A DNA stretch of 64,000 bases, taken from the NCBI GenBank assembly GCA_020137815.1, contig CM035362.1, positions 5,642,001-5,706,000 of the forward strand, written 5' to 3'. The number at the start of each line of letters is the position of its first letter. Position 1 is the stretch's first letter. A model generated the notes under the pieces. It ran no database searches, was not told where the DNA came from, and was given only the letters and a program-made list of their open reading frames with translations. The position numbers and the translations under genes are program-made. Positions 1 through 13,986 of this stretch are shown here, one piece after another. The DNA is from Hormiphora californensis (Eukaryota; Animalia; Ctenophora).

Positions 1-1380
1 TTTTGGGTTCAATTTTTGGGGATGTTTTAATCGAGGGTAGCTCATTCCCAAAAAATGCAGGCAAAATACTGATGTCTCTACGTTAAATTTTTAAAATTTG
101 GCTTTTGATATGGGCATTTGGGGTTTTTTTCTTTGGTCATCATTGTCTCCTTTTTGTCCCGGGACTCCCCGCTTTTCAAGATGAACAATTTTCCCGGGGG
201 TAAATGGTGCGTTCCCTAGACTTTTATAAGCGATTAGACAGGCTTTGAAGTCCGTCTGTAGGAGAGGGAAAAATTTAACTGCCTGGTTTCCCGGGTTTAA
301 TCCTTTTGCCCTGGGTGTTTTTATAAAGGTCACAGGAGTTAGGTTTTTTTGGGGCCCCCCCAAGAACCGGGCCGGAAGTCACAGTAAGAATATTACGTAA
401 TCAAACCTCGATATAATAATGTTCCCCCCCAACATTTTTTCGGAATGAAAACTTGGTAAATGCCAAAGATGTGTATAGCCCCCAATGTTTTCCTCACATT
501 TTTAACTGTCGTTTAAAATTAAGTTGGTCCAAGAGTATTCCAAGGTTTTCCCATTTCTCCACACTTTCCTGGGGGGAAAATTTGTTCCCCCAAAGTTTAT
601 AATGGATGAAAGAGATTTTACTCAAAGAAATGGTTTCCCAAACGGTAAATTGTTTTTGGCCTCATTCACTTCAACCCTGCCCCCACCTCCACCTCTTCAC
701 CTTCGCCAACATCCTAATATCCACCTTCGTCCTAGCCCGCCAGAGAAACCCTAGGAACCAACCACATAGAGTGGGGTGTCTGATAAATTTTTCCGGAGTC
801 CATATGGTTAACAAAATCTTTTACAGCTTCATGTAAAATAGAAACAAAAATTGGGCCGAAAAGGACCCCCGGGGCCCCGAAAGGCCAGGGTATCGAGAGA
901 CAACACCAAAAGAGACTTAAAAGATCTGGAACTCAGGGGGTCAAACCCATTAAAAATATAAAAAAAAGGAATTTTGGTTATTTAAAGAATTCGCAAATTT
1001 TTACAAAATTTTGCACATCTGCATAAAAACTCAAAAAACCCCCGGTCAAAATTCAGAACCCTTGAATTAAGCTGCCCGAGAATTAAGATTTAAGACCCTC
1101 CCCTTTTTTTTGGCCCCCGCTTTCTTTCCGTCCCCCAGCTTACCCCGCCCGGGGAAAAGCTAAACATTTAGTGCCCCAATGGTGTGTGTGTTTTTCGGGG
1201 ACTCTACCCCAAATTTGGGGGTCACTCCATCTTTTTTTTTTTTTTCCCTTTAGAAACGTTTTTTTATTAAAAATCTCAACTACCTCCTTTTCTAATCGCG
1301 TAGAGAAAAGCACAATCTCTCCTTCCCCCTTAAAAAAAAAGAAGGGGGGGGATAAAGGGGGAAGGGACACTGGAAGAGAA
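1..1380. other. Low-quality (unpolished) sequence before N gap; 1170-1340 is a noisy homolog of 3280-3510
   Basis: Excess homopolymer runs, no coherent ORF; shared 'aatctca..acctcc.ttt..taatcgc..gta.gagaaa.agc.caatc' with 3430-3490. Confidence 0.7.
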
Positions 1381-1480
1381 NNNNNNNNNNNNNNNNNNNN
1401 NNNNNNNNNNNNNNNNNNNNNNNNNNNNNNNNNNNNNNNNNNNNNNNNNNNNNNNNNNNNNNNNNNNNNNNNNNNNNNNN
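1381..1480. other. Assembly gap (100 N)
   Basis: Run of N. Confidence 1.
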
Positions 1481-2582
1481 TTTTTTTGTTTTGTTGTTAA
1501 CACCTCGGGGCATGGCTACAGCTAGAGCTGGCAGCTCTCTGGCTAAGACCGCAGCAGCTCAGGAGGGATCACTGGGGGAAACTATTCGGGGATGTGTGTT
1601 TCCAATCTGTTAAACTTTCAAGTCATCGTGTTCACTATAATAATAGATCAGTGTAAGTCAGGTAAGTGTAAATTTGATCCAATTTGATCAAATTATGTAT
1701 CGGCCTCAAACGATCACAACACAACTACTATTGTACCACGATCGTAACTATATTAGAGCATGAAACAAACGATTGAAACTGGAAATATACAATGGATATT
1801 AAAGTCAAAATTCAGCAACTGCACTATTATAGGAATGTATACAACCTAAAAGCCAAGGGTACAATGTCCTCTATCAAATTCAGCGACTGCACTATAGGAA
1901 TGTATACAACCTAAAAGCACCTACATACAGCAGCCAAGGGTTTGTAGGTCGCCCTCGCCCTGGAATGCATTGTCCCTAATTTTAGCTACGAAAGGAAAGC
2001 GGTAGTATAAAGTGTGCTGGGACAATATAAGGTGTAAGATAATCATGATTAATTGCAGGGAATTATATATGTGTGTCAAATAACGGGTATTATAATACAC
2101 TTGATCACGTGACCTGTTATACATTCTAGAAGCTGCAATCAGTACATGTATCTTGAGAGAGGTCCATATTGTTCTTACTCTCACGTGCGAAGTGGTACTG
2201 GTATGCGGTTAAAATCAAGTGACAGCTTGACAGTGTATAAACTCTTTGGGGGTGAGCGTGCAAGCAAAACTTGAGGAATGAAGAAAAGAGAGAAGAGAAG
2301 AGGAAGGAGAGAGAGAGAGAAGAGAGAGAAGAAGAGAGAAGAAGAGAGAGAGGCTCTGCTCTCCGTCTTTCTCTCTCTCCCTCGCCCCGCTCCCCTCTCC
2401 CTCGCTCTGTTCCTTCTCTCTCTCTCCCCCCTTTCCCCCTCTCTCCTCTCCTTCCCTTTTCTCCTTTTCTTCTCCGGGGATTGGTTCCCAATTTCGGTTG
2501 TATAAACCATCTTTTGCACATACCTGGTACTTCAATTAAAAGTTTTCAAGAAAAATCACGGGAAATTTTTACATTAATATAT

Positions 2583-3083
2583 GGTACCCCCGGGTTCCTC
2601 CATTTTAAAAGCGCAAGATTTTTCGCCAAGGATACGCAGGAAAAACGCAAGATACGCCCAAGATTCGAAGGATTACCTATTACGCAGGAATACGCAAGGA
2701 ATACCCTATGGTTCCGCACAGAATAAAGCAAGGATCGCAGGGATTACGCAAGTAATACTCAAGTATACGCAAGGCACCCAAGGTTTACGCAGGGATTACG
2801 CAAGAATTACGCAAAGAACACGCAAGAAATAAGCAGAAAATACGCAAGGGATACGCAATCTGCGTAATCCCTGCGTAACCCTTGCGTGTTCCTTGCGTAT
2901 TACTTGCGTATTACTTGCGTAATCCCTGCGTATCCCTTGCGTATTCTGTGCGGAACCATAGCGTATTCCTTGCGTATTCCTTGCGTAATCCTTGCGTAAT
3001 CCTTGCGTAATCCTTGCGTATACCTTGCGTTTTCCTTGCGTAATCCTTGCGTTTTTTAGAAAATGGAGAACCCCGTGGGTACC
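2583..3083. mobile_element. Foldback/MITE with internal tandem GGATTACGCAA-type repeats in inverted arms
   Basis: TIR ggtaccc(c/a)cgg..tctccatttt / aaaatggagaaccccgtgggtacc; left arm tacgcaagg units, right arm ccttgcgta units. Confidence 0.8.
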
Positions 3084-3541
3084 GATATATGGTGGCTGAA
3101 TATACTTGGACCCCTGCCAGATCACGGTCTTCGCGAGAATAGGGCCAGAGGCCAATGCGGCATTGCCCCGACATTGGACCCATGTTATAGATAATAATTG
3201 CTGGGTACGGATTTGAAAAGAGATTTTCCAATATCCATTCGTGTCGGTAATTACAATTATATTCATTGGTTGTTCAATTATCAATATGGGGCACAGCGGG
3301 GCTCTTATCTATCCCCAAATTGAGGGAACTATCTCCATCTATTTTTTCCCTCTTAGAATCTTTTTCTTTCTCTCCAGTCTACCTCTTACACTAGAGAGTA
3401 GTGAAGCTAGTATAGCTTAGAGAAAATAGAATCTCACCTCACCTCCCTTTGTTAATCGCTTGTAAGAGAAATAGCGCAATCCCTCCTCTCCCCGTGTAAG
3501 AAAGAGGTAAGATCACCGGGGAGAGAGAGAGAGAAAGAAAG

Positions 3542-3629
<88 letters not shown>

Positions 3630-4082
3630 ACTCTCTGATTTTGCTCTCCTATCTAAAGAGATTGTTGATGATCTGATAGATAGGAAAGTAGAGAGCAAAA
3701 AGCAACAGGATTTCTCTAGCGCATTCTGATCTTTTCTTATTTTCTTTTCTGTCCAGTGTCCCTTGTTTCTAACAAAAGTATTTCGTGTCGAGTGTCTCTG
3801 TCTTAATTTTAAGCTCCCAGACTTTCAGTTTCTAGCTGACACTCACGTGTTTTCTATATCCACCAGAGTTCAGATCTTTTATCGCTAGACGGACTGATCT
3901 GTATCTCAAAGAATGGAGGGGTTGCAGGGGCTTCTCTCTTTGTTTTAGACGGACTGATCTGTATCTTTGTTTCACACAAGTTTTCCGCTTTTTGTTACGT
4001 GATGGCTGTTACTTTTAGTCAGTTGCAGTCACATTTCTTATAAAATTGTATAATTCTCACATTTCTTTCGATTCTAGACAAC

Positions 4083-4318
4083 ATGAGAATGATCTTTGTA
4101 CTTTTACTGATGATTCTTTTTGGGCCAACATCGCCTCTTCGAGTTCCTATCAGCAGTGCCGCTTCATCATCAGTTTACGACTTGGACTATACACCTGACC
4201 TTGTTTTGGACGGTGACGTACACACATACTTCCATACCGATAGATCAAGCAGCTCTCAGTGGATCAAGATATGGTTTGCCAGTGATGTCGAGGTAGTGAC
4301 AGTTGTCATCATCAACAG
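4083..4318 (+). CDS. First coding exon of a secreted fucolectin (FTP)/discoidin-like lectin
   Basis: Hydrophobic signal peptide MRMIFVLLLMILFG; DG..T.FHT...QWI.I....V..V.IINR pattern; GT donor at 4319. Confidence 0.65.
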
Positions 4319-4331
4319 GTTAGCTAGTTAA

Positions 4332-5020
4332 GTAGGTAGGGTAGCGACTGGCTATTTGAAACAGTTTTTCACTTTTTTCCCTTGCCTGCCCACAAATCAA
4401 GTCGAACCCAATTTTTTGATCTTGTGTTACCGAGACAGTCCCTGGGTAGTTTTTTGGGTGGTTGGAGATGTCTCATTTTGTCTTCCGGGCTCAGGGTCAC
4501 GTGATATCTATCCAAATTTGGTGTTTCAATTTACCCGCCTCGGTCTGCTAATTTGAAACACCCGTATCTCCCTCAATTTCTCCACAAAACCAAAATTTTT
4601 GACATTGAATAGTTAGAAAAGGGTTGTGCAGAGCCATTCCATGTCTGAAATCTGAATTTTGTTGAACTTGCTTGGTGCAATGACCTTTTCCAAAAACTGT
4701 TTCAAATTAGCAGGAAAACAGTTTATGCCTCATATTCGGCCAACTTTTGGCGGAAATGACTCAAATCATAGTTTATATCCTGCCTCATGCTCATATTGAA
4801 CAACAAAAATTTCGACAATCCAATCGGAGAAAAATTGTTTCAAATAGCCCTCCTCAGTGTTTCAAGTACCAACTTCTTACTGCAGTACACCCCAACACGA
4901 CACCAATCGGAGCAAATAACGCCATTTTTTTTAAAAAAACCCGGGCAGGGTTTTTAAAATTTAAGACACTGTTTAAATTTTAGCAGGGCGTTTCAAATTG
5001 CCAGTCGCTACCCTACCTAC
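4332..5020. mobile_element. Non-autonomous PIF/Harbinger-like MITE
   Basis: ~30-bp TIR gtaggtagggtagcgactggc(t/a)atttgaaa and its reverse complement; TAA on both flanks. Confidence 0.8.
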
Positions 5021-5039
5021 TAAATTCGGCTAGATTTTG

Positions 5040-6718
5040 AACAACGCGTTGAGGAGCGATTTCATTACCAAACCCCCCCCGAAAATAATAAGGACACAAA
5101 AAAGAAAAAACTGTCCATTTTTTTTTTTACTGCATAAATATGTTCAAAAAGTTTTACCAACCTTACAAAAATAATAAAATAATTTACAACTTAAAGATTA
5201 ACTGTTGCCTTCAGGCTGAACCCTTTGGGAAAAAGTTTTTAAAAAGGCTGATGGGAACAAAATTTTTCCCTTAAACCTTGGGGGGGGGTTTTTGAGCGCC
5301 CCTTTTCCAATCCTCTACTTGGATTTAAAACCCGCCGGGGAGCGTTCCCCCCCCCCGAAGGGGAGTCGGGTTTCCAGATTTTTCCCTTTCCCCCGGGAGG
5401 TTTTTTCCCCCGGGGGGGCCAGGTTTTTTGGAGTAAGGGGGGAAAATCGTCTCCCATAACTCCCTTTTGGTCCCATGAAAAGGACCGCAAAAGCATTTTT
5501 TACTGGCCAGCCGGATATCTCCACGCCCCTTGGTGAGGGGGCTCTCAGCAGGACGCAGATGGGGCCTGGCTAGGACATTCGGGCGCTCCCTTCTTGGCCC
5601 GTAAGGTGCGCTGCCAACCTCGTTTGTAAACAGACTCCATGCGGGTTTAGGAACATCACTTTTTGCGGATGCAAATCACGTCCGGGCCGTTCATGGGGGT
5701 TAGGGGAGGTTCCTTTTTCCCCTTAAAGGAAATTGGCGTGTGAAAAAGTTTATGGGAGGGATCTATGTGTGTCACTCTAAAATTGGTGATGGGATAGTGG
5801 TTTTTTCTGTTTGTTTTATAGGTTTTTTTGGAGGCGGGGTTTTTTTGGGGAGATTGATGATTTTTGGTTTGTACCCTTTATCTTTGGGGGTATCGCCATT
5901 TTGGGAAACCCAAGCTTCCATGGGGCTTTTTTAAGAAGGGAGGTGTAGCGAGGTATGGGTGGTTTCTCCCTTTGGGCTCGGAAAAACCCCCCTTGATTTA
6001 TCCGCCTCGGCGTGGGAATTTTGCCGAGAGTCGGGGGATAACCAGAGACCCCGCTTTTAGAAACCTTTATACCTTCCCCGAGGCAGGTGGACGAAGGAGA
6101 TGGGGGCCATTTAGATTTAACCTCCTCCCCCTGGACTTTTGCTGGAGGACGGGTTTTTTGGGCCCTATTTAGCCTCTATTTTTCCCAGTGCACAAGGCTG
6201 GGGAGTGGTGTAAACCGGGCCGGGTACCATTCAGGGAGGACATGACGATTAAAAGAAGAAAAACACCCCCCAAGGGGACAGCTCTTTTCCTTGATTTGGA
6301 CCCCCCGTCAACACTTCGGGTTACCCCGGGTCCGGGAAACCCCCGAATCCCTGCCCTGGACCTTGCCATCGAAAAATAACCGGGGGAAAGGGCTTGGGAG
6401 TTCCACCCTCCCCTTATCCTTTGACTACCAAAAACTCGTGGAATAATTGTCACCCGACGAATTGTGGCAGACAGATACCATGTAACCCTTTCCATTTCCA
6501 CTTCCCCGTTATTCCTGACTTGTTAAAGGGTTGAGCACTTTTAAATTAGAACATGGACCATGGTCTACAGGGGCCAGGAAAAATTTTCGAAAAAGGCTAA
6601 AAACAAAAATAAAAAACACGCAGTGGAAACCGTAAACCAGAGCGCTTCCTTAAAATCAAAACCCAACATAAAAGACACACTACGGAGGGCACCCGAGAGA
6701 GGGAAGGAGAGAGAGGAC

Positions 6719-6750
<32 letters not shown>

Positions 6751-6880
6751 GGGAGAGAGAGAGGAGAGGAGAAAGAGGGGGAAAGATAGAGAAAACCGGG
6801 GGAACGAAGGGGGGTTAGAGGGTTGAAAAAAGGGAAAGAAAAAAGGGTAGAAATAATCAAAACCAAAAACCCCCAACCAC
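5040..6880. other. Low-quality, error-rich sequence
   Basis: Homopolymer inflation; ORFs are G/K/F/P-rich junk. Confidence 0.65.
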
Positions 6881-7151
6881 CCCTTTATATGCTGAACTTA
6901 CCCAAGACAATTGGCTACGAAGTCACCTCTTAATACTCAGTGAGTTTGCACGGAAGGGTCAATGGTTGGTAACATAGATGTGTGCGGGGGTCGCGCCAGG
7001 TGTCTATGTTACCAAGGTCAATGTGTTATTTCATTACCAACCAAAAGAGTTACTGTATAAAAACCTCAAAACAAAGAAATAACCCTACCTTGGTAACGAA
7101 ATTACCCCTCCGATCCAAGGTTTTAGGGGTCATTTCGTTACCGACTCTTAC

Positions 7152-10100
7152 CTCAATGTTTAGGTGTTCTATAATGATGGAGATCACCTAAATACAGTGA
7201 TCCTGCCTCAGCCTAGGCTCATCAGTCATCACCAACACTGACTGACTGACTGACTGACTGACTGACTGACTGACTGACTGACTGACTGACTGACTGACTG
7301 ACTGACTGACTGACTGACTGACTGACTGACTGACTGACTGACTGACTGACTGACTGACTGACTGACTGACTGACTGACTGACTGACTGACTGACTGACTG
7401 ACTGACTGACTGACTGACTGACTGACTGACTGACTGACTGACCAACACATCCTCTTACCTCAAACACCTCATCATCGTCCGGTGAGGTACTCAGCAGGTC
7501 CTCAGTCAGGAGTGTCTCAATGAAGCTATCATCAAATAACTCATCCTCCTCCACTGACCGGGGCTGGCAGTCAGGACTCCAGGCATCAGGAGTGTGGACT
7601 GTATCGGCACTAATCCAAGCAGGTTTAGCTGTCCTAAACTTTAGCTGGTCAGAGTTTGAACTCGGTGGAGGGGTCTCCACAAGCTCCTGAAAACGAAACG
7701 TGTTACTTGAGAAAACTAAAATGAACAATAATTATTCAGTGCAGTTTTCCCAAATATAATTGTTCAGTGCAGTTTATGAAATTGTTTTTTGTTCAACAGA
7801 GCTTAATTAAATCCTATTCACGATCATGTTTGTAAGATTATTTTCTTCTTGGCTGTCTTAGGACTTAGACAGCAGCTACCTTAGGACTTAGACAGCAGCT
7901 ACCTTAGGACTTAGACAGCAGCTACCTTAGGACTTAGACAGCAGCTACCTTAGGACTTAGACAGCAGCTACCTTAGGACTTAGACAGCAGCTACCTTAGG
8001 ACTTAGACAGCAGCTACCTTAGGACTTAGACAGCAGCTACCTTAGGACTTAGACAGCAGCTACCTTAGGACTTAGACAGCAGCTACCTTAGGACTTAGAC
8101 AGCAGCTACCTTAGGACTTAGACAGCAGCTACCTTAGGACTTAGACAGCAGCTACCTTAGGACTTAGACAGCAGCTACCTTAGGACTTAGACAGCAGCTA
8201 CCTTAGGACTTAGACAGCAGCTACCTTAGGACTTAGACAGCAGCTACCTTAGGACTTAGACAGCAGCTACCTTAGGACTTAGACAGCAGCTACCTTAGGA
8301 CTTAGACAGCAGCTACCTTAGGACTTAGACAGCAGCTACCTTAGGACTTAGACAGCAGCTACCTTAGGACTTAGACAGCAGCTACCTTAGGACTTAGACA
8401 GCAGCTACCTTAGGACTTAGACAGAAGCTACCTTAGGACTTAGACAGCAGCTACCTTAGGACTTAGACAGCAGCTACCTTAGGACTTAGACAGCAGCTAC
8501 CTTAGGACTTAGACAGCAGCTACCTTAGGACTTAGACAGCAGCTACCTTAGGACTTAGACAGCAGCTACCTTAGGACTTAGACAGCAGCTACCTTAGGAC
8601 TTAGACAGCAGCTACCTTAGGACTTAGACATGTTAGACAGCAGCTACCTTAGGACTTAGACAGCAGCTACCTTAGGACTTAGACAGCAGCTACCTTAGGA
8701 CTTAGACAGCAGCTACCTTAGGACTTAGACAGCAGCTACCTTAGGACTTAGACAGCAGCTACCTTAGGACTTAGACAGCAGCTACCTTAGGACTTAGACA
8801 GCAGCTACCTTAGGACTTAGACAGCAGCTACCTTAGGACTTAGACAGCAGCTACCTTAGGACTTAGACAGCAGCTACCTTAGGACTTAGACATGTTAGAC
8901 AGCAGCTACCTTAGGACTTAGACAGCAGCTACCTTAGGACTTAGACAGCAGCTACCTTAGGACTTAGACAGCAGCTACCTTAGGACTTAGACAGCAGCTA
9001 CCTTAGGACTTAGACAGCAGCTACCTTAGGACTTAGACAGCAGCTACCTTAGGACTTAGACAGCAGCTACCTTAGGACTTAGACAGCAGCTACCTTAGGA
9101 CTTAGACAGCAGCTACCTTAGGACTTAGACAGCAGCTACCTTAGGACTTAGACAGCAGCTACCTTAGGACTTAGACAGCAGCTACCTTAGGACTTAGACA
9201 GCAGCTACCTTAGGACTTAGACAGCAGCTACCTTAGGACTTAGACATGTTAGACAGCAGCTACCTTAGGACTTAGACATGTTAGACAGCAGCTACCTTAG
9301 GACTTAGACAGCAGCTACCTTAGGACTTAGACAGCAGCTACCTTAGGACTTAGACAGCAGCTACCTTAGGACTTAGACATGTTAGACAGCAGCTACCTTA
9401 GGACTTAGACATGTTAGACAGCAGCTACCTTAGGACTTAGACAGCAGCTACCTTAGGACTTAGACAGCAGCTACCTTAGGACTTAGACAGCAGCTACCTT
9501 AGGACTTAGACAGCAGCTACCTTAGGACTTAGACAGCAGCTACCTTAGGACTTAGACAGCAGCTACCTTAGGACTTAGACAGCAGCTACCTTAGGACTTA
9601 GACAGCAGCTACCTTAGGACTTAGACAGCAGCTACCTTAGGACTTAGACAGCAGCTACCTTAGGACTTAGACAGCAGCTACCTTAGGACTTAGACAGCAG
9701 CTACCTTAGGACTTAGACAGCAGCTACCTTAGGACTTAGACAGCAGCTACCTTAGGACTTAGACAGCAGCTACCTTAGGACTTAGACAGCAGCTACCTTA
9801 GGACTTAGACAGCAGCTACCTTAGGACTTAGACAGCAGCTACCTTAGGACTTAGACAGCAGCTACCTTAGGACTTAGACAGCAGCTACCTTAGGACTTAG
9901 ACAGTAGCTACCTTAGGACTTAGACAGCAGCTATCCTTACCTGCGTTTTAATTGATAGATCGATGGATTCAGAAATTTCCTCGTCATTTCCCTCCTCCTC
10001 GACCTCCTCTAAAATACCCTCCAACATTAGATCGAAATTATGTAGCACCTCTTCAAACTCTTTTTCTGCTGATATTATACTGGGTGGTGCAGATAATTGG

Positions 10101-13100
10101 GCTTCAGTGATATCCTCAAAACTGCTGGCATCAACTTGGTCCATTTCAAAAACTGGGGCCTGGTCTCCTTCTTCTCCAACTGGGACCTGGTCTCCTTCCC
10201 CTCCAACTGGGGCCTGGTCTCCTTCTTCTCCAACTGGGACCTGGTCTCCTTCTTCTCCAACTGGGACCTGGTCTCCTTCCCCTCCAACTGGGACCTGGTC
10301 TCCTTCTTCTCCAACTGGGACCTGGTCTCCTTCCCCTCCAACTGGGGCCTGGTCTCCTTCTTCTCCAACTGGGACCTGGTCTCCTTCCCCTCCAACTGAG
10401 ACCTGGTCTCCTTCCCCTCCAACTGAGACCTGGTCTCCTTCTTCTTCAACTGAGACCTGGTCTCCTTCTTCTTCAACTGAGACCTGGTCTCCAACTGCAA
10501 TTTTCTCTTCCTTTTCTTCTACAATTTTATCTGCCTCTTCCTCTCCAATCACTATCCGTCCATCCAGCTCACTGTTTCTCGAATTCACTTCTTCCTCCAA
10601 CCGCTCATCCTTAATGTCCTCTTGTGATTTACAGGCTAGCTGTCCACCACCACCGTCATCATCATCCCCTGCCCTGTCCGACTCCTCCTGCCACGGATCT
10701 TCCGAGATATCGCTTGTGAAGCTCTCTAATATCCTCCTTTTCCTTCCGTCTTCCTGATCCTCATCACTGTCCTCTGCACCGTTATCAACTCCATGAGAAA
10801 CAGCTGATACGCGTTCTTTGTTTTCACCAGAGTTCTGCGGTTGATCAGAGGACGAATTATCGGAGCTTTGGTCTCCTGCCTTTGATTCATTTTCGGATGA
10901 CTCACTGCCTTCGACTGGATCGGAATCCAGGCAAAGATCGCTGTAACATCCATCACTGAAAAGACTATCTAGCAAGCTTATGTCTTTCTGGGCATTAGTT
11001 GAAAAACCTGTGCTGCGCTCACTGGAATTTGATGAGAGGAGACTAGGTGATGGGCGGGATACAGAATGGCTCTCGGTGCTACTAGGCGATGGGCGGGATA
11101 CAGAATGGCTCTCGGTGCTACAATGGCTAGGTGATGGACTGGATACAGTACCGGATCGACTTACAGTGCTACAGAGGCTAGGCGATGGGCGGGATACAGT
11201 TCCAGATCGACTTACAGTGCTACAATGGTCCTCCTCACTATCCGACATAAAGCTCATCTGCAGGGCTGCATTGTCATCAACATCACTGACTTCATTTCCA
11301 AGCTGAGATGTATTGTGGTTCAGGCAAAATAGTTGGTGTTCTGAGCCAATCTGAGAGTCATCATCTGACAATATATCAGCCCCAAAATCATTTGACAGTA
11401 TACCGGTAACAAGATCATCTGACAGTGTACCGGTAACAAGATCATCTGACAGTGTGTCAGCCCCAAAATCATTTGACAGTGTGTCAGCCCCAAAATCACC
11501 TGACAGTGTATCAGCCCCAAGATCATTTGACAGTGTGTCAGCCCCAAAATCATTTGACAGTATACCATCCCCAAGATCATTTGACAGTGTGTCAGCCCCA
11601 AAATCATCTGACAGTATACCAGCCTCAATATCATTTGACAGTATACCAGCCCCAAAATCATCTGAGAGTGTATCAGCGCAGGTAACACCGGTAACAAGAT
11701 CATTTGACAGTGTGTCAGTACAGGCAGCCACATCATGTATTTGTGTGTCCAAAACCGGAGAGTTGGTTATGAAACTCCCTATTGGCGAACATGTGATATG
11801 CTCAAAAGAACTCAGGGGTGTGCCAACATTTTCAAAACCATTGACATCATCTTCCACTCTGATTTTATGTGAACAAGATTCCACTGCCACTTCATCAGTC
11901 TGACAGGCATCTACCTCCAAGTAATCAGTGTGACACGGATCTATCTCCAAGTAATCAGTCTGACAAGAGACTGAACACATTTCTGGATAATGATGACACC
12001 TACCCCCGGTAAACCGAATACAGATGGTATGGTAACCGACTAGATAGTGGTTGTTTCTAACAATTGATAGGGCTCTTGCTAAAAGTTGGTAAAGAAGAGA
12101 CAGGGTTTTTTGGTGAACAATGGGGATAGCTGCTGTAGTCCGACAGCAACGTAGGGTATAACACTGGAAGGGTGTGTAGATAAGACTTATTTGTGGAACA
12201 TCCGTCTTCAAATGGCTGGTTCTAACCACTGGCTCCCCGTGGGCATTCGATACTGGGTCCTGGACTTCCGAGATTTGGTGTTCGTGGTAGCTCACTGGGT
12301 CCTGGAAGTTTTGTCGAATAATTTCCTTGTGGTAGCTCCCTCCAAGACCGTTCTGATGTTTGCAATTTTCAACAGTTCGATCAAGTTTGGTACCATGAAA
12401 TTCGTCAAATAGACCGCTCATGAATGCAGGAGTCGTTATTTTCCACCTTGGGTGTTTTGTCTGTTGAGGACTGATAACTACCTTCAAACTGGGATTCCTC
12501 TTTCTACCATCCTTCAAACTGGGATTCCTCTTTCTACCATCCTTTCTTGATGGTCTCTGATCACGTGTTTTACGGTTTCTACGTCTTCTGCTCCTCTCTT
12601 TATCTACCGTTGAATCCATTATAATTGTGGCTGATGATTCCCTACGGACTACCTTCACAACCCCAGTCCTCCCATCTTTCCTCACCTCCTCCAAACACTG
12701 TTCCTTCCTAGCGATCAGCAAGGTCCGTTTTAGGAATCTCCTCTCTCTCCTCCATCTCATGTGTTCCTTGGATACCTTCCGCACCCTCTCTTTCAACTTC
12801 ATGAACATCATGGTTGATCTGGTTGTTTTCCTCCGACCATAAACTTCCTTCCAGTGCCATCTTCCAAAGTTTTCATCGTGCTCACTTTCCCTTTCAGGCG
12901 AGGTTTCCAACTCTCCAGGCGAGGTTTCCAACTCTCTAGGCGAGGTCTCTAACTCTACAGGCGAAGTATCCAACTCTCCAAGCGAGGTCGCCAACTCTTG
13001 AGGGAGGGCAGCTGTAGGGCACCGACTTGTTAAAATCAACCTTTGGACGGATGGTTTTACTACCGGAAGTCGTTGTACCGTTGTTGATTTCGGAGGTGCC

Positions 13101-13276
13101 CCAGCAAAGGAGCAAACCTGTCGGAGTCGGTAGGGCTTACAGTGCAGTGAGATGTCTTTCTGAGCGATCTGATGCAGCTTCATGAACGTCTCGGATAGGT
13201 CTGTAAAGTGCTCCATGACCCGCGGGTTTATTACTCGACCAGGCGATTCGTATTCTGTATTACGAGATAGTCTCAT
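7152..13276 (-). CDS. Large acidic low-complexity orphan protein (exons 9941-13276, 7459-7686, probably 7152-7187; 3' end unresolved)
   Basis: 1118-aa ORF ends at CAG|GTAAG (9941); phase-0 join to ELVETPP exon; internal repeats EEGDQVPVG, DTLSNDFGA, ELETSP. Confidence 0.65.
7237..7442. repeat. (ACTG)n microsatellite, ~51 units, intronic
   Basis: Perfect tandem ACTG. Confidence 0.98.
7858..9932. repeat. 23-bp minisatellite (CTTAGGACTTAGACAGCAGCTAC), ~90 copies, filling an intron
   Basis: Near-perfect tandem array with a few 9-bp ATGTTAGAC insertion variants. Confidence 0.98.
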
Positions 13277-13986
13277 ACAATATCAGTCATATAATAAGAA
13301 GTGGAAACTCGAGTCACAGTCCAATACACAACTGCAGCTCTAATGCAGACAGAACAATAGTGTGTGTTGTGTGTCTTACACAACACAGAGAGAGCGGGAA
13401 ATACAGCTGGCATAGAAGAGTTGCTCAAAAGATCTTTATGCACCATATAATATCTTGCTATGCCTTGCTACCAGTGCTGGTTTCCTTTTTTCATATATCC
13501 TCTCAAAATATCTTGCGGCATGGTACTTTCATCTTTATAAAACTCCATACTTGATACATGTGGCCTTTAAATATTACATAGCTTTTGGGTAGACTCACAT
13601 ATATTATAATATGTACTTTTAATGCCATCTCAAAAAGTCTTCACATATGTTGATATATACTTCTTTTTTCTCTAGAATTACCGAAACAATCGACTTAAAC
13701 AACCGATTTAATATAACTCTGAATTATATTCAGCGGTAATTTCTTTCATCATACAGCAATTAGCTGTGTGTTTTGCGGTGCAAAGGTATCAGTATCTCAA
13801 TTCTGGATACATTATAAAACACCATAATTGGCTGACACAACCCCAGAGAGAGAGATGGGGATTGAGCTATCGGCTATCCCTCTAAGCCACTGCACCATGT
13901 GATAAACCAATCACACGTAGACACAGCTTTTTGATATCTCTCTCTTGTGTGTTGGGTGTATAATAGTTGGATGATGCCTTACTAAA

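Noticed and set aside
5239-6560. Possible decayed LINE or other retroelement
   Set aside because: No RT or endonuclease motif recoverable from the noisy sequence
7858-9932. CRISPR array or telomeric (TTAGG) tract
   Set aside because: No unique spacers; TTAGG is only part of a 23-bp unit inside an intron
9963-10757. Antisense ORF with TGTWSPSSP repeats resembling the Pol II CTD
   Set aside because: Antisense shadow of the 30-bp coding repeat; not YSPTSPS
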